64,000 bases of DNA. Origin: Polyangiales bacterium. GTDB taxonomy: Bacteria > Myxococcota_A > Polyangia > Polyangiales > Ga0077539. The DNA lies in NCBI GenBank assembly GCA_044229975.1, contig JBGARZ010000028.1, positions 33,492 to 97,491 of the forward strand, in the 5' to 3' direction. Shown here in pieces: positions 51,476 through 63,083 of the stretch. The notes beneath the pieces were generated by a model. The model saw only the letters and a program-made list of their open reading frames with translations. It made no database searches and was not told where the DNA came from. Both the position numbers and the translations under genes were made by a program. Numbering within the stretch: the stretch's first letter is position 1; each line of letters begins with the position of its first letter.

Positions 51476-52996
51476 ATGTCCCTGCGAACGGCCTTGCTGG
51501 CGTTGGTGATGGCGGGCTGCGGAGCTCGCACCGGCCTGATCGTCGAGGCCCGCGACGCCGCATCGGACGTTCCCGATGTGCCCAGCGCCATCGACCTCCC
51601 TGACGTCCCCAGCACCATCGACGCACCCGACGTTCCCAGCACCATCGACATCCCCGATGTCGCGGTGTCCGTGGACGTCCCCGATGTCTTCGACGCCCCC
51701 GATGTGTTCGATGCGAGTGATGCTCCCGACGTCGTCGATGTCAGGGACGTTCCCGATCGCCCCGATGTGTGCGCGCCCGTCCCCGATCGCTGCGGCCGCG
51801 TCGAGCTCTGCGGCAACGGGCTCGATGACGATTGTGATGGTCCCATCGACGAAGGCTGCACCTGCCTCGCGGGCGCGGTTCAGCCGTGCTTCGACGGCCC
51901 GCCGGGTCGCCGCGACGTGGGCGCCTGCCGAGACGGAACCCAGCGCTGCCTCGCCACCGGCCTCTGGGGCGCGTGTGAGGGAGGCATCTCCCCGCAGCCC
52001 GACGTCTGCAACGGCCAGGACAACGCGTGCACCGGCTGTCCCCGCGAGACCGACTGCCCGATCCTCTGCCCTGGCCCTGGTGATTCACGCGTCCCCGATG
52101 GTCGACCCTTCGCGGACTATCCGCTCAATGGCGGGCTCTTCTTCGGCGGCCGCGCGCTCTCCTGGCGTTGGACCGTCCGCGGCGGACCGTGCGACCAGCT
52201 CGTCGCCATCCCGAGCTTCGCGCTCACGACGCCCAACGCCCGCGATGCCGTATTCCGTCCGTCGCTCTCCGGCGACTACACCGTGACGCTCACGGTCGTC
52301 ACGGCCGAGGGCGTGACGCTCACGTGTACCTTCGTCGTGCACATCGCCGGCCCTGGCCTGCGCGTCGAGCTCTGCTGGGACCGCAGCAACGACGTCGACG
52401 TCGACCTCTACCTGAGCCGCCCCGGAACGATGGATCCGTGGTGGCCCGGCCTCGGCGCTCGCGAACCCAGCGCGGAGTCCAACTGTAGCTGGGCCAACTG
52501 CGAGGCCGTGATCCGCGGGATGGACGGCGCGACGCCCCGCGCCAACTGGGGCTACGCCAACTCGCCGCTCAGCGAGTGCCAGGACGGCCCACACGGCGCC
52601 GAGTGGCGGGCGCTGGGCTTCTGCGCCAACCCCCGGCTCGACATCGACAACAACCTCTCGAAGATCCGCGGCACCCCCGAGAACATCAACATCGACCGCC
52701 CCCGCGACGGCGACACGTTCCGGGTGCTGGCGCACAACTTCTCCAACACGCTCACCCACCCGCTGGTCAACATCTTCTGCGGCGGTCGTCTCTACGGAAC
52801 CTACGGCGCCGCCCCCGACCTGGTGACGGGCTTCGTCGGGGTCGGCGGCTTCGGCCGCGGCGCCATGTGGCGCGCCGTCGACGTCACCACACGCGTCAAC
52901 GCCGCCGGTGTCATCACCAACTGCGAGCTGCGCGAGGTGCACCCGCCCGGGATGACCACCGGCTACGACGTCACCATCGACAACGTCCGCTTCTGA
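51476..52996 (+). CDS. Myxobacterial lipoprotein with DVP repeats, Cys-rich (MopE-like) and Ig/PKD-like domains
   Basis: MAGCGARTGL lipobox, CGNGLDDDCDG, GDYTVTLTV, DVDLYL, RLDIDN..PENINID. Confidence 0.78.
   Translation: MSLRTALLALVMAGCGARTGLIVEARDAASDVPDVPSAIDLPDVPSTIDAPDVPSTIDIPDVAVSVDVPDVFDAPDVFDASDAPDVVDVRDVPDRPDVCAPVPDRCGRVELCGNGLDDDCDGPIDEGCTCLAGAVQPCFDGPPGRRDVGACRDGTQRCLATGLWGACEGGISPQPDVCNGQDNACTGCPRETDCPILCPGPGDSRVPDGRPFADYPLNGGLFFGGRALSWRWTVRGGPCDQLVAIPSFALTTPNARDAVFRPSLSGDYTVTLTVVTAEGVTLTCTFVVHIAGPGLRVELCWDRSNDVDVDLYLSRPGTMDPWWPGLGAREPSAESNCSWANCEAVIRGMDGATPRANWGYANSPLSECQDGPHGAEWRALGFCANPRLDIDNNLSKIRGTPENINIDRPRDGDTFRVLAHNFSNTLTHPLVNIFCGGRLYGTYGAAPDLVTGFVGVGGFGRGAMWRAVDVTTRVNAAGVITNCELREVHPPGMTTGYDVTIDNVRF
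51566..51770 (+). repeat. Intragenic degenerate tandem repeat encoding (DxP)n
   Basis: Units such as DxPDVPS[AT]I recur about three times, followed by further DxP triplets. Confidence 0.7.
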
Positions 52997-53022
52997 TCGC
53001 AGTCCCCTTCGGGTCTTCGGCT

Positions 53023-53082
53023 GGGGACGGTTTCAGCTTTTCACCTCGTTGCCCCACAAGGTGAAAAGCTGAGTCCGTCCCC
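53023..53082. repeat. REP-like stem-loop
   Basis: GGGGACGG-TT-TCAGCTTTTCACCT pairs with AGGTGAAAAGCTGA-GT-CCGTCCCC; 12-nt loop. Confidence 0.8.
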
Positions 53083-53103
53083 GCCCTGATATAACTCCCG
53101 CCG

Positions 53104-55065
53104 ATGTCCACGAGCTCATCCCGGGAAGCCTGTGTTCGCGCGTACCTCTCGGCCCTCGCGGAGTTCGAGTCCGCGCTCGCGGTGCTCGACCTCGGCGACC
53201 GCTGCCTCCGCGACGGCCTCGCGCCCTTCGCTGACGTCGCGACCCACCTCACGACCGAGTCCTCCGCCACGGCCGCCGCGCCCTCTGCCGATCGCCTCTG
53301 GCGCCCGCGCGACTCGTCCACCCTCCAGGGGCTCACCGATGTCTACGAGGTGTCCGGTCGCTTCGCGTTCCAGGGCGACGACGACGCCAACCTCACCGCG
53401 CTCGCGACCTGCGTCACCGCCGCCCGCGCCGAGCTCACCCGCCAGCTCACCCGCCTCGAACAGCTCTCCGCCGCGCCCGCCCGCATCAGCGCCGTCGCCG
53501 AGTCCATGGAGCGCACCGAGCTCGAACACAGCCGCGCCCAGGAGGCCGAGCTCCTCCGTCAGTTCGAGCCCGAGGCCGCCCAGCTCCGCGACCTCTGCAA
53601 GCGCCTGCTCGAAGCCGTCCGCGCCGCCAAACGTCCCGACCTCACCCGTCTCGACACGGCCGACGCCCTCTACCTCGAATATGTCGCTCGCGTCGGTGGC
53701 CTCTACGGCAAGGCCCTCCCGGTGCTCCGCGATGCCATCGCCGCGCTCTCCAAGGTCGCCCGCTGCGAGGTGCCGCCGTCGTGGCCCGACGCGCTGCCCT
53801 TCGCAGCCCACCTGCCCGACGACCTCATCACTTCACCCGTCCCCGAGACCCCGGCGGTGCAGCAGCTCCGTCAGGCCATGGAGTCGCTCGCCCAGCAGGA
53901 GGCCAACCTTCTCCGCGCCCAGGACGAGCTCGGCGTCCAGCTCCGGCGCGTGGAAGGAGAAGTCGCCGCCATGAACGCGCGCGAGGTCGAGCTCCTGCGA
54001 GAGGTCGAGTCCGCCAAGCTGGTGCTGCGCTGGTGCACCCGGCACGACGCGCTCGATCACGCGCGCGGTGCCCTCGCCGCGATCACCTCCGAGGGGCAGG
54101 CGCGCACGCAGGCGATGACCGCGGTGCAGGCCGAGGCGCAGCGGGCGCTCGCGCAGATCGCGACCATCCAGACCGACGCGACCGAGTGGGCGCAGGCGAT
54201 CCAGGTGAAGGAGGCGATGCTGGCCCGGCACCGCAGCGAGGAGCCGACGCTCTTCGGCAAGGACGACTGGCGCAAGAAGCTCCTGGAGCTGGACGACGAG
54301 GTGGGCGACCTGCGCTCCGAGCTCCAGCAGCGGCAGCAGCGCATCGTGGCGGCCAACGCGGAGGTCGCGCGGCTGCGGGGTCGCGAGACCGCAGAGCAGG
54401 CGAGCATCACGGCGCTCACGCAGCAGTTGGAAGAGGGCCGCCGCCGCGAGGCCCAGGCCCAGAAAGAACTCCACGACGTCGAGAAGGAACTCGCCGCCGC
54501 GCTCCCACCACGCCGGCTGGCAACCGCCCAGGCCGAGGAGCTTCTGGCCGCGGCGGTGGCGGCCCGCAACGAGCTGCGCGCGCGGGTCGAGCGGATGACC
54601 ACCGAGTCGCGCCGGGTGAGGGAGGACTCCGATCGGGCGGGCGTTCAGTTGAAGCAGCTCGCGGCCGAGCGCACGCGGGCTGAGTCGGGCCTCGCGGTGG
54701 CGATGCGGCAGGCGGGGTCGGCGCACGAGGAGGCGCTGCGCTCGATGGCGGTGCGTCGGCAGGCGGCCTTCGAGAGCCACGCGGGCCAGGTGCTCGCGGG
54801 TCTGGAAGAGTCGCTGGTGCAGGTCGACCGCAACTTCATCGAGCCCGCGCGGCGGGCCATGCTGGTGCGCGCCGGGGTGATGACCGACGCGCCCGTCACG
54901 CTGCGCGCTCGCGGGACGTCCTTGGAGGAGTCGCTGCCTGGCCTGCGGTCGCGCTGGGCGGCCGTGGTCGATCCGGCGGTGGAGGCGTTGGCATCGGTGG
55001 AGGGAGGGTTTCTGGCGACGATCAGACCGCGGGCGCGCGCCGCGTGGCGCGACGGATCAGCGTAG
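53104..55065 (+). CDS. Long coiled-coil protein, unknown function
   Basis: A/E/Q/R/L-rich heptads through most of the protein; no ATPase motif seen. Confidence 0.75.
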   Translation: MSTSSSREACVRAYLSALAEFESALAVLDLGDRCLRDGLAPFADVATHLTTESSATAAAPSADRLWRPRDSSTLQGLTDVYEVSGRFAFQGDDDANLTALATCVTAARAELTRQLTRLEQLSAAPARISAVAESMERTELEHSRAQEAELLRQFEPEAAQLRDLCKRLLEAVRAAKRPDLTRLDTADALYLEYVARVGGLYGKALPVLRDAIAALSKVARCEVPPSWPDALPFAAHLPDDLITSPVPETPAVQQLRQAMESLAQQEANLLRAQDELGVQLRRVEGEVAAMNAREVELLREVESAKLVLRWCTRHDALDHARGALAAITSEGQARTQAMTAVQAEAQRALAQIATIQTDATEWAQAIQVKEAMLARHRSEEPTLFGKDDWRKKLLELDDEVGDLRSELQQRQQRIVAANAEVARLRGRETAEQASITALTQQLEEGRRREAQAQKELHDVEKELAAALPPRRLATAQAEELLAAAVAARNELRARVERMTTESRRVREDSDRAGVQLKQLAAERTRAESGLAVAMRQAGSAHEEALRSMAVRRQAAFESHAGQVLAGLEESLVQVDRNFIEPARRAMLVRAGVMTDAPVTLRARGTSLEESLPGLRSRWAAVVDPAVEALASVEGGFLATIRPRARAAWRDGSA

Positions 55066-56625
55066 TCGCAGCTCGCCGCGGCCGCGGGCGGCGAGGGCGG
55101 CGAGGAAGGTGCGGTCCTGATCGGGCCCGATGCCGACGACGTCGAGGCGCATGCGGGACGACACCCCCTCGGCGAGACCGAGCAGCGCGTGGGCGATGGT
55201 CTCGCGGTCGGTGGGGCGACCATCGGAGAGCAGCACGATCTGCTCGGGCTGCATCGACGCGGCGGCCTCGATGGCGGCGACGGGCTCGGTCTCGTCGCGC
55301 GGGCGCAGACCGGCGATCCAGCGGATGGCTTCGGAGAGCCCGGCCTGGTCGAGCACGCGCGGGCTCTGCCAGAGCGGCGTGACGTTGGAGCTGAACGCCA
55401 CGATGTTGACCGCGACGTCGGCGGGGAGCGATCCGAGCACCTTCACGAGCTCGGCGCGAGCGACGTCCAGCTTGGTGGGCGTGAGGTCGGGGGCGATGGA
55501 GAGGTCGACCGCGCGCGGGTCGGGCTCACGCATCGAGTACGAGACGTCGACCACCAGCACGATCGAGCGCCCGCGAATCGGGACGTTGTAGAACGCCGGG
55601 GTCGCCCGCTCCGCCTCGCGCAGGGTGACCTGCACCGCGGAGGCGAGGCGGAGTGCGTCGTCGCTCCCGGCGGGCGCCGCGCGCAGCAGCTCATCGAGCG
55701 CGGCCATGGTCGGAACGCCGAGCACCACGTTGCCACCCGAGGGCGCAACCGAGACGGCGGGGGCGTCGCCGGTGAGCGCGAGTCGCTCGTCGCCCATGGC
55801 GGTGACCTCGACGCGGAGGGTTCCTTCGGTGGGGACCCACACCGCGCGGCCCTGGGGGTTGGACCCTTCGGTGTGAACCGCGAGGTCGCCGCCCTGCACG
55901 CGCAGACGCCAGCGATGCCCCGAGCGATCGGCAGCGACGATGACGCCATCGGCGATGCGCCAACGCGCCGAGCCCGAACCCTGGGCGTGCACGCGGACGG
56001 CCGTGCGGGTCGTGACGCGCGTGGTGGTCGTGGTCGTCGTAGTGCTGGTCGCGGTGCCCGAGCGAGCGGCGGGCCCGGTCGCGCCCACGAGGCGAACCTC
56101 ACCGTCGACGATGATGAGTCCACCATCGACCATGGGTGCGCCGTCGAGGGTGATGAGCCCGCCCGCGATGACGTCGTCGTCGCCCGTGGTGGCGATGCGC
56201 TCGATGCTCACCGCGCCGACGCGTCCCATCTGGATGGTGGCCGTCGCGCTGCCCGCGCTGGCGGTCGTCGCAGTCGTTGCCGTGGTTGCCGTCGTGGTCG
56301 TGGTGACGGTCGTCTCGGTGGTGCTCGTCGTCGCGGTTCCGCTCGTCGTGGCGACGCCACCTGAGCTGAGGCCACCGCCCGCGGTGGTGCTTGCTGCCCC
56401 GTGAACCGGAGCGGTCACGGTCGCCTGTGAATCCGCCGACCCACTCTCAGCGAGCGCGGTGGCGAGCCCGGCGAGAACGCCCGCCGCAGCAACGGCGCGT
56501 CCGTCCGCCGTGACGCGCGCCGAAGCACCCTGCGGGGTCACGGTGGCGCGCGCGGAAAACATCGTCCCGCAGCCGGTCAGGGACAGCAGCAGGGCGAGAG
56601 TCGAAGCAGTGGTGGAAGTTCTCAT
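55057..56625 (-). CDS. VWA-domain lipoprotein
   Basis: LTGC lipobox, Thr-rich linkers, MIDAS DVSYSM, LLSDGRP. Confidence 0.8.
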   Translation of the reverse strand: MRTSTTASTLALLLSLTGCGTMFSARATVTPQGASARVTADGRAVAAAGVLAGLATALAESGSADSQATVTAPVHGAASTTAGGGLSSGGVATTSGTATTSTTETTVTTTTTATTATTATTASAGSATATIQMGRVGAVSIERIATTGDDDVIAGGLITLDGAPMVDGGLIIVDGEVRLVGATGPAARSGTATSTTTTTTTTRVTTRTAVRVHAQGSGSARWRIADGVIVAADRSGHRWRLRVQGGDLAVHTEGSNPQGRAVWVPTEGTLRVEVTAMGDERLALTGDAPAVSVAPSGGNVVLGVPTMAALDELLRAAPAGSDDALRLASAVQVTLREAERATPAFYNVPIRGRSIVLVVDVSYSMREPDPRAVDLSIAPDLTPTKLDVARAELVKVLGSLPADVAVNIVAFSSNVTPLWQSPRVLDQAGLSEAIRWIAGLRPRDETEPVAAIEAAASMQPEQIVLLSDGRPTDRETIAHALLGLAEGVSSRMRLDVVGIGPDQDRTFLAALAARGRGELRLR

Positions 56626-56805
56626 GGTGATGACCTCGCGATCGCCTTGAGCAGCGACCGTGCCACCAGTGATCACCGCGTCTGTTCGGGAGGGGCGCGC
56701 GGTACACCCACCGTGTTGCGGACGCCCCTTCGCCACCGACCCGTCAACACTCCTGGTGTGCTGCGCGCCCGTTGGTCACCGCCGCCTCGCACGCTCCAGC
56801 GTTCA

Positions 56806-57930
56806 CTACACCGCTGGTCCACCGCCGCACGACGCACTCTCCCCGGCCGGTGGTGCCGTCGGCGTCGGCGCCACCACGCCACCCATTCGTTCGAGCCGCT
56901 CGCGCAGCGCCGCGTCCGCGGCTGGGGTCACCCCGGGCAACCTCACCGCCCGTCGGTACCCTTCCACCACCGCGGTCGGCGCCATCGCATCGAGCTGCTG
57001 CATCACCGCTGGCGTCGGCGTCGCCTGCGTCACGACGATGTCGAGCACCCGATCGACCACACCGCGCGATGCACCCACGGACGCGGCCCGCAGCGCCTCC
57101 CAGGTCTCGCCGAACTCCCTCGGATACTCCGGGTGCGTGGCCAGCCTCGCCAGCGGAACCCCACACGCAAACGGAATCCCCGCCGCGCTATGCGACAGCA
57201 GGTCGACGCAGTACGCACGCAGCCCGCGGCGCACCACCACCGGGTCGAGGTCCGCGGGCGTGTCCGGTGCACCGAGCGCCTCGGCGATGGCTCGCGCCAC
57301 CGGCTCCCTCGTCTCGCGAATGAACCTCCCGAACTCCTCCTGCCGCTCGCTCTGATCGGCCGTCGGCGCGAGCACCGCCAGCGCCGCGAGGTGGCCCACC
57401 ATGCAGTCGCGGCAGTTGGCGTCGGCGCAGCCCGCGGCGCCGAGGTTGGGCTCACACGCGCTGAGCTGCTCGACGAGCGTGCGCCGTGGCGCCTCGCACG
57501 CGCGGTCGACGGCGATGTTCATCTGGGTGCGCTGGGCCACCGGGGTGTCCCCCGAGCGCAGCGCCCGCGCGAAGAAGCCCACGCACACCGGCGAGAACAT
57601 CGCGCATGAGGCCCCGCGCACCGTTCCGACGGTGCAGTGCTCGAAGGTGAAGGTCCCGTCGGGGTGTCGCTTGTCGACGAAGCGATCGCGAGCGTCGGCC
57701 GAAGCGCGCAAGAACTGGATGCGAAACTCCGTCCGCTTCGCCGGGTCGGTGCGGGCGCGCCAGGTCTCGTCGAGCTGGGCTTCGCAGGCGCGGCACGCGG
57801 GCGTGGCGCACCGCGGGGCGTTGCCGGAGAACTGCACCGGACTCTCCCGACACGGCGCCCACGGGTCACCCCGCTGACAGGAGAGGGCGAGGGCGCACCA
57901 GAGGAGGGTGGCGGCGATCGGGCGACGCAT
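56806..57930 (-). CDS. Hypothetical Cys-containing lipoprotein
   Basis: ALSC lipobox; directly downstream of lepB. Confidence 0.7.
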   Translation of the reverse strand: MRRPIAATLLWCALALSCQRGDPWAPCRESPVQFSGNAPRCATPACRACEAQLDETWRARTDPAKRTEFRIQFLRASADARDRFVDKRHPDGTFTFEHCTVGTVRGASCAMFSPVCVGFFARALRSGDTPVAQRTQMNIAVDRACEAPRRTLVEQLSACEPNLGAAGCADANCRDCMVGHLAALAVLAPTADQSERQEEFGRFIRETREPVARAIAEALGAPDTPADLDPVVVRRGLRAYCVDLLSHSAAGIPFACGVPLARLATHPEYPREFGETWEALRAASVGASRGVVDRVLDIVVTQATPTPAVMQQLDAMAPTAVVEGYRRAVRLPGVTPAADAALRERLERMGGVVAPTPTAPPAGESASCGGGPAV

Positions 57931-57956
57931 GACGCCCGCGGGAGTCTATCGAAGAA

Positions 57957-59162
57957 TCAGTGGTCGCGACGCTGGCAGGAGCGCAGGCCGCTCGTGAGGT
58001 CGGGCGGGACGGTGGGCTCGCCGAGGATGTTCTGTCCGAAACGTTCCCAGCGCGGGTTGAAGCCGGCGCCGGGGAGGCTGGAGAACCAGATGTTCATCGC
58101 GCGCCCCTTGATGTTTCGCATCGGGACGAAGCCCCAGTAGCGGGAGTCGTAGCTGTTGTCGCGGTTGTCGCCCATCACGAAGATGTGGCCCGCGGGAACG
58201 GTGCACGGCGCGCGCACGCAGTGCTCGGCCATGGAAGACTCGCGCTCGGCCGGGTCGCGCGATTGGAGCGTGAGGTAGTGGTACTGCCCGTGGGTCTCGC
58301 GGAAGAGCCGCCGCAGCGGAACCTCTCCCCGCGTGATGCCTTCGCCGTCGTCGCCGCGCCACGGTCCGACCTCACAGCGGTCGAGGGGATGGCCGTTGAC
58401 CTCGATGGACCCGTCTTCGCGCACCCAGACGCGGTCGCCGGGGAGGCCGATGACCCGCTTGATGAAGTCCTTGGAGGGGTCCTGCGGGTAGACGAAGACG
58501 ACGACCTCGCCGTGCGTGGGCGTGCGGCCCTGGAAGAGCCGGTTGAGCGAGAAGGGCACCATCGGCCCGAAGACGAACTTGTTGACGAAGATGTTGTCGC
58601 CCACGGAGAGCGTCGGATACATCGACGGCGACGGGATCTTGAACGCCTCCACGACGAAGGAGCGCACCCCGAGGGCCACGAGCACCGCGACGCCGATGGC
58701 CTCGACGTACTCGCGGGTGGTTCCCTTGCGAACGCCACCGAGGTGCTGGTCCATGGCGACGTCGAGGGCGCGCACGGCCTTGGCAGCGCGCTGAGGGTCC
58801 TTGGCCTCGATGGCGCTGTTGATGGCCGCGTTGGCCTCGGCGAGGGCGGTCTTGGCGGCGCCGGCGATGGCGGCCTTCTTGGAGAGGCGGTCGCACTCGC
58901 GCTGGAGTTCGTGGGCTTCGGAGGTGATGGTGCGGAGGTCCATGACGCCGAGGCCGCGGGCGCCCATGACCCGGTCGCGCACGCCGAGGACGACCACCTC
59001 GAGCACGGCGAAGGAGAGGAGGTAGAGCCACGGGGCGGCGTCATCGATGACGTGGAGGAGGGCGAGGGACTGCACCAGCGCGACGGCCAGGGCGGCAGGG
59101 ATCACAAAGTACCAGGCCGCGTACCAGATCCGGTCCTGCATGGTGGGAGAGCTCATCGACAC
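57957..59162 (-). CDS. lepB: Signal peptidase I
   Basis: IPSPSMYPTL, DFIKRVIGLPGD, GDNRDNSYDSRYWG. Confidence 0.96.
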   Translation of the reverse strand: MSMSSPTMQDRIWYAAWYFVIPAALAVALVQSLALLHVIDDAAPWLYLLSFAVLEVVVLGVRDRVMGARGLGVMDLRTITSEAHELQRECDRLSKKAAIAGAAKTALAEANAAINSAIEAKDPQRAAKAVRALDVAMDQHLGGVRKGTTREYVEAIGVAVLVALGVRSFVVEAFKIPSPSMYPTLSVGDNIFVNKFVFGPMVPFSLNRLFQGRTPTHGEVVVFVYPQDPSKDFIKRVIGLPGDRVWVREDGSIEVNGHPLDRCEVGPWRGDDGEGITRGEVPLRRLFRETHGQYHYLTLQSRDPAERESSMAEHCVRAPCTVPAGHIFVMGDNRDNSYDSRYWGFVPMRNIKGRAMNIWFSSLPGAGFNPRWERFGQNILGEPTVPPDLTSGLRSCQRRDH

Positions 59163-59190
59163 CTCGGGCGCGGGGAAGGGGGGCGGCGTA

Positions 59191-60993
<1,803 letters not shown>

Positions 60994-61047
60994 GGTCGGT
61001 CGACCGGCGTCCTAGCAGATTTCCGCGAGGAGATATCTACGAGTCGT

Positions 61048-61248
61048 CTACGGCTGGCGGCGGGCGGCCGATGCGTCGACGAGGGCGAGCTGGCCGGGGA
61101 GCTTTTCGCGATGCTTCTGCAAGACGAGGTCGATGCCCTCGCGGATGTACTCCGCCATCGGCACCTTCGTGCGCTCGTTGAGGAGCTTCAGAAGCTCAAG
61201 CTGCTCTGGCTCGATGTAGATCGTCGTCGAGACCTTCTTGCGCGGCAT
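61048..61248 (-). CDS. cdbA: Ribbon-helix-helix protein, CdbA-like
   Basis: MPRKKVSTTIYI..Q...LK.L...TKVPMAEYIREGIDLVL resembles, from memory, the M. xanthus c-di-GMP-binding RHH protein; alternative start at 61344. Confidence 0.65.
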   Translation of the reverse strand: MPRKKVSTTIYIEPEQLELLKLLNERTKVPMAEYIREGIDLVLQKHREKLPGQLALVDASAARRQP

Positions 61249-61617
61249 GACCCTCTGTCCCGCAGCGATCGGTGGCGTAGATGGCACTTCGTCCCGGGTG
61301 AGGGGCAGGTTGGCGATCGCGGTGCTTCCGAGCTTTTCGTCCACGATGCACCTCTGCGCAACCCGGAAATCGGGGTGACCAATGACTGTACCCTACGATG
61401 CGGGTAGGGCCACCGTCAACGCGATCTTCCGGGGTCATGGCCTGGCATCGGGCTTTCCCGGATTTGTATCGGAACGAGGGTGATTTCGGGGTTGGGCTTG
61501 CGGGTCGGCGGGGGGAGTGGCAGGCGCGCTTGCCCGTGGGGGGCGAAGATCCGTAGAGTGCGCCGTCCGCGCTGGTCGCGGTTGGACGATAGGTCTGCGA
61601 GGCGGACGGAGCAGTGC

Positions 61618-62316
61618 ATGACGGACCGGGTACGGGTAGTGGCGGCGTTGGCCGCGGTGGTGATCGCGGGTTGTTCGAGCGACGCCACGTCGGGGGTGGG
61701 GCGGCGATCGGGGGAGAGCGCGGCGGCGTCGCGTGAGCCGCGGAGCGCGGCGATGCCGCACGAGGCGTGCGTGACGGGGACGGACGTCACGACGCTGGAC
61801 GTCAACGGCGATGGGCAGGTGGACATCCGGACCGAGATGTCCGGCGGTCGGCCGCGTTGCCGCGAGACGGACGCCAACTTCGACGGTCGGGTGGACATCC
61901 TGCGGTGGTTCGACCCGTCGAGCGGTCAGGTCACGCGGGTCGAGGACGACTACGACTTCGACGGTCGCATCGACGTGGTGGCGACCTTCGAGGGCGGTGC
62001 CATCGCGCGGGACGTGATGGACACCAACTTCGACGGGCTGACCGACACCTGGCGGGAGTACCGCGGGGGCCGCGTGGTCGAGCTGCGGCGCGACGCCGAC
62101 GGCGATGGGCGCGTGGACACCTGGGAGCGCTTCGACGACTCCGGGCGGGTGACGTACTCGGCGACGGACGCCAACCGGGACGGGTCGCCCGACGAGGATG
62201 ACGCCGGAACTCCAGCGTCTGCGGGAGCGGGCGGTACGACGGTGACGACGGTGACGACCCCGGCGGCGACGGCGGGTGACGCTGGTGTCGGCGGGCAGAA
62301 GGGTGGCGGGCGATGA
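61618..62316 (+). CDS. Lipoprotein with Dx[DN]xDG repeats
   Basis: IAGC lipobox; DVNGDG, DANFDG, DYDFDG, DTNFDG, DADGDG, DANRDG. Confidence 0.8.
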   Translation: MTDRVRVVAALAAVVIAGCSSDATSGVGRRSGESAAASREPRSAAMPHEACVTGTDVTTLDVNGDGQVDIRTEMSGGRPRCRETDANFDGRVDILRWFDPSSGQVTRVEDDYDFDGRIDVVATFEGGAIARDVMDTNFDGLTDTWREYRGGRVVELRRDADGDGRVDTWERFDDSGRVTYSATDANRDGSPDEDDAGTPASAGAGGTTVTTVTTPAATAGDAGVGGQKGGGR

Positions 62317-63083
62317 GGCGCTGGGCGGTCCTGGGAGTGGTGTTGGCGTTGGGGTGTTCGAGCAGCGGGACGACGGCGCGGCGGCTGGTGCTGCGCAACG
62401 CGACGGGGTTGCAGACGGCGACGGCGCGGGAAGACCGCAGCCGGTGCGACGCGACGCGGCCAGGGCGGACGTCGAGCGAGTACGACACCAACAGTGACGG
62501 GGTGACGGACGTTCGGAAGGTGTTTCAGACGGTCGGCGAGGGGTCGGAGGTGCACTCCGTGCTGGTGTGCCGCGAGGTCGACCTCAACCATGACGGGAGC
62601 AAGGACGTCTTCCGCTTCTACAACGACGAGGGACGGACGCTCCGCGAGGAGGAAGACCGCGACTTCGATGGCCGCATCGACGCAATCACGTACTTCGAGG
62701 GCGGGGAGGTGGTGCGGCGCGAGTCGGACACCAACGCCGACGGCATGGTCGACATGCGCCTCTACTATCGTGACCGCCGCCCCTTCCGCGCCGAGCGGGA
62801 ACTCCAGGCCGACACGAGCCCCGACTTCCACCCGGACTATTGGGAGTTCTTCGACACGCACGGCAACGTGGTTCGCATCGGTCGGGACTACGACCACGAC
62901 GGTCGCGCCGACCAGTGGGACCGCATCGATCGGCTCGCACCGGCGCGCGTGCAGCAGAGCGCGCAGCAGCCGTCGTCCCAGCCCGCGCCCCCGCCGGGGA
63001 CGCCGACACCTGACGCTCCGGCTCCGACCGCGGCTCCCACGACCCCGACGACGCCTGCGACGGCTCCGAGCCCGACCCCGTGA
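62313..63083 (+). CDS. Lipoprotein with Dx[DN]xDG repeats (paralog)
   Basis: ALGC lipobox; DTNSDG, DLNHDG, DRDFDG, DTNADG, DYDHDG; ATGA overlap. Confidence 0.8.
   Translation: MRRWAVLGVVLALGCSSSGTTARRLVLRNATGLQTATAREDRSRCDATRPGRTSSEYDTNSDGVTDVRKVFQTVGEGSEVHSVLVCREVDLNHDGSKDVFRFYNDEGRTLREEEDRDFDGRIDAITYFEGGEVVRRESDTNADGMVDMRLYYRDRRPFRAERELQADTSPDFHPDYWEFFDTHGNVVRIGRDYDHDGRADQWDRIDRLAPARVQQSAQQPSSQPAPPPGTPTPDAPAPTAAPTTPTTPATAPSPTP

Noticed and set aside
53104..55065. SMC/Wadjet-type defence protein
   Set aside because: Coiled-coil only, with no Walker A/B motifs and no jet partner genes.
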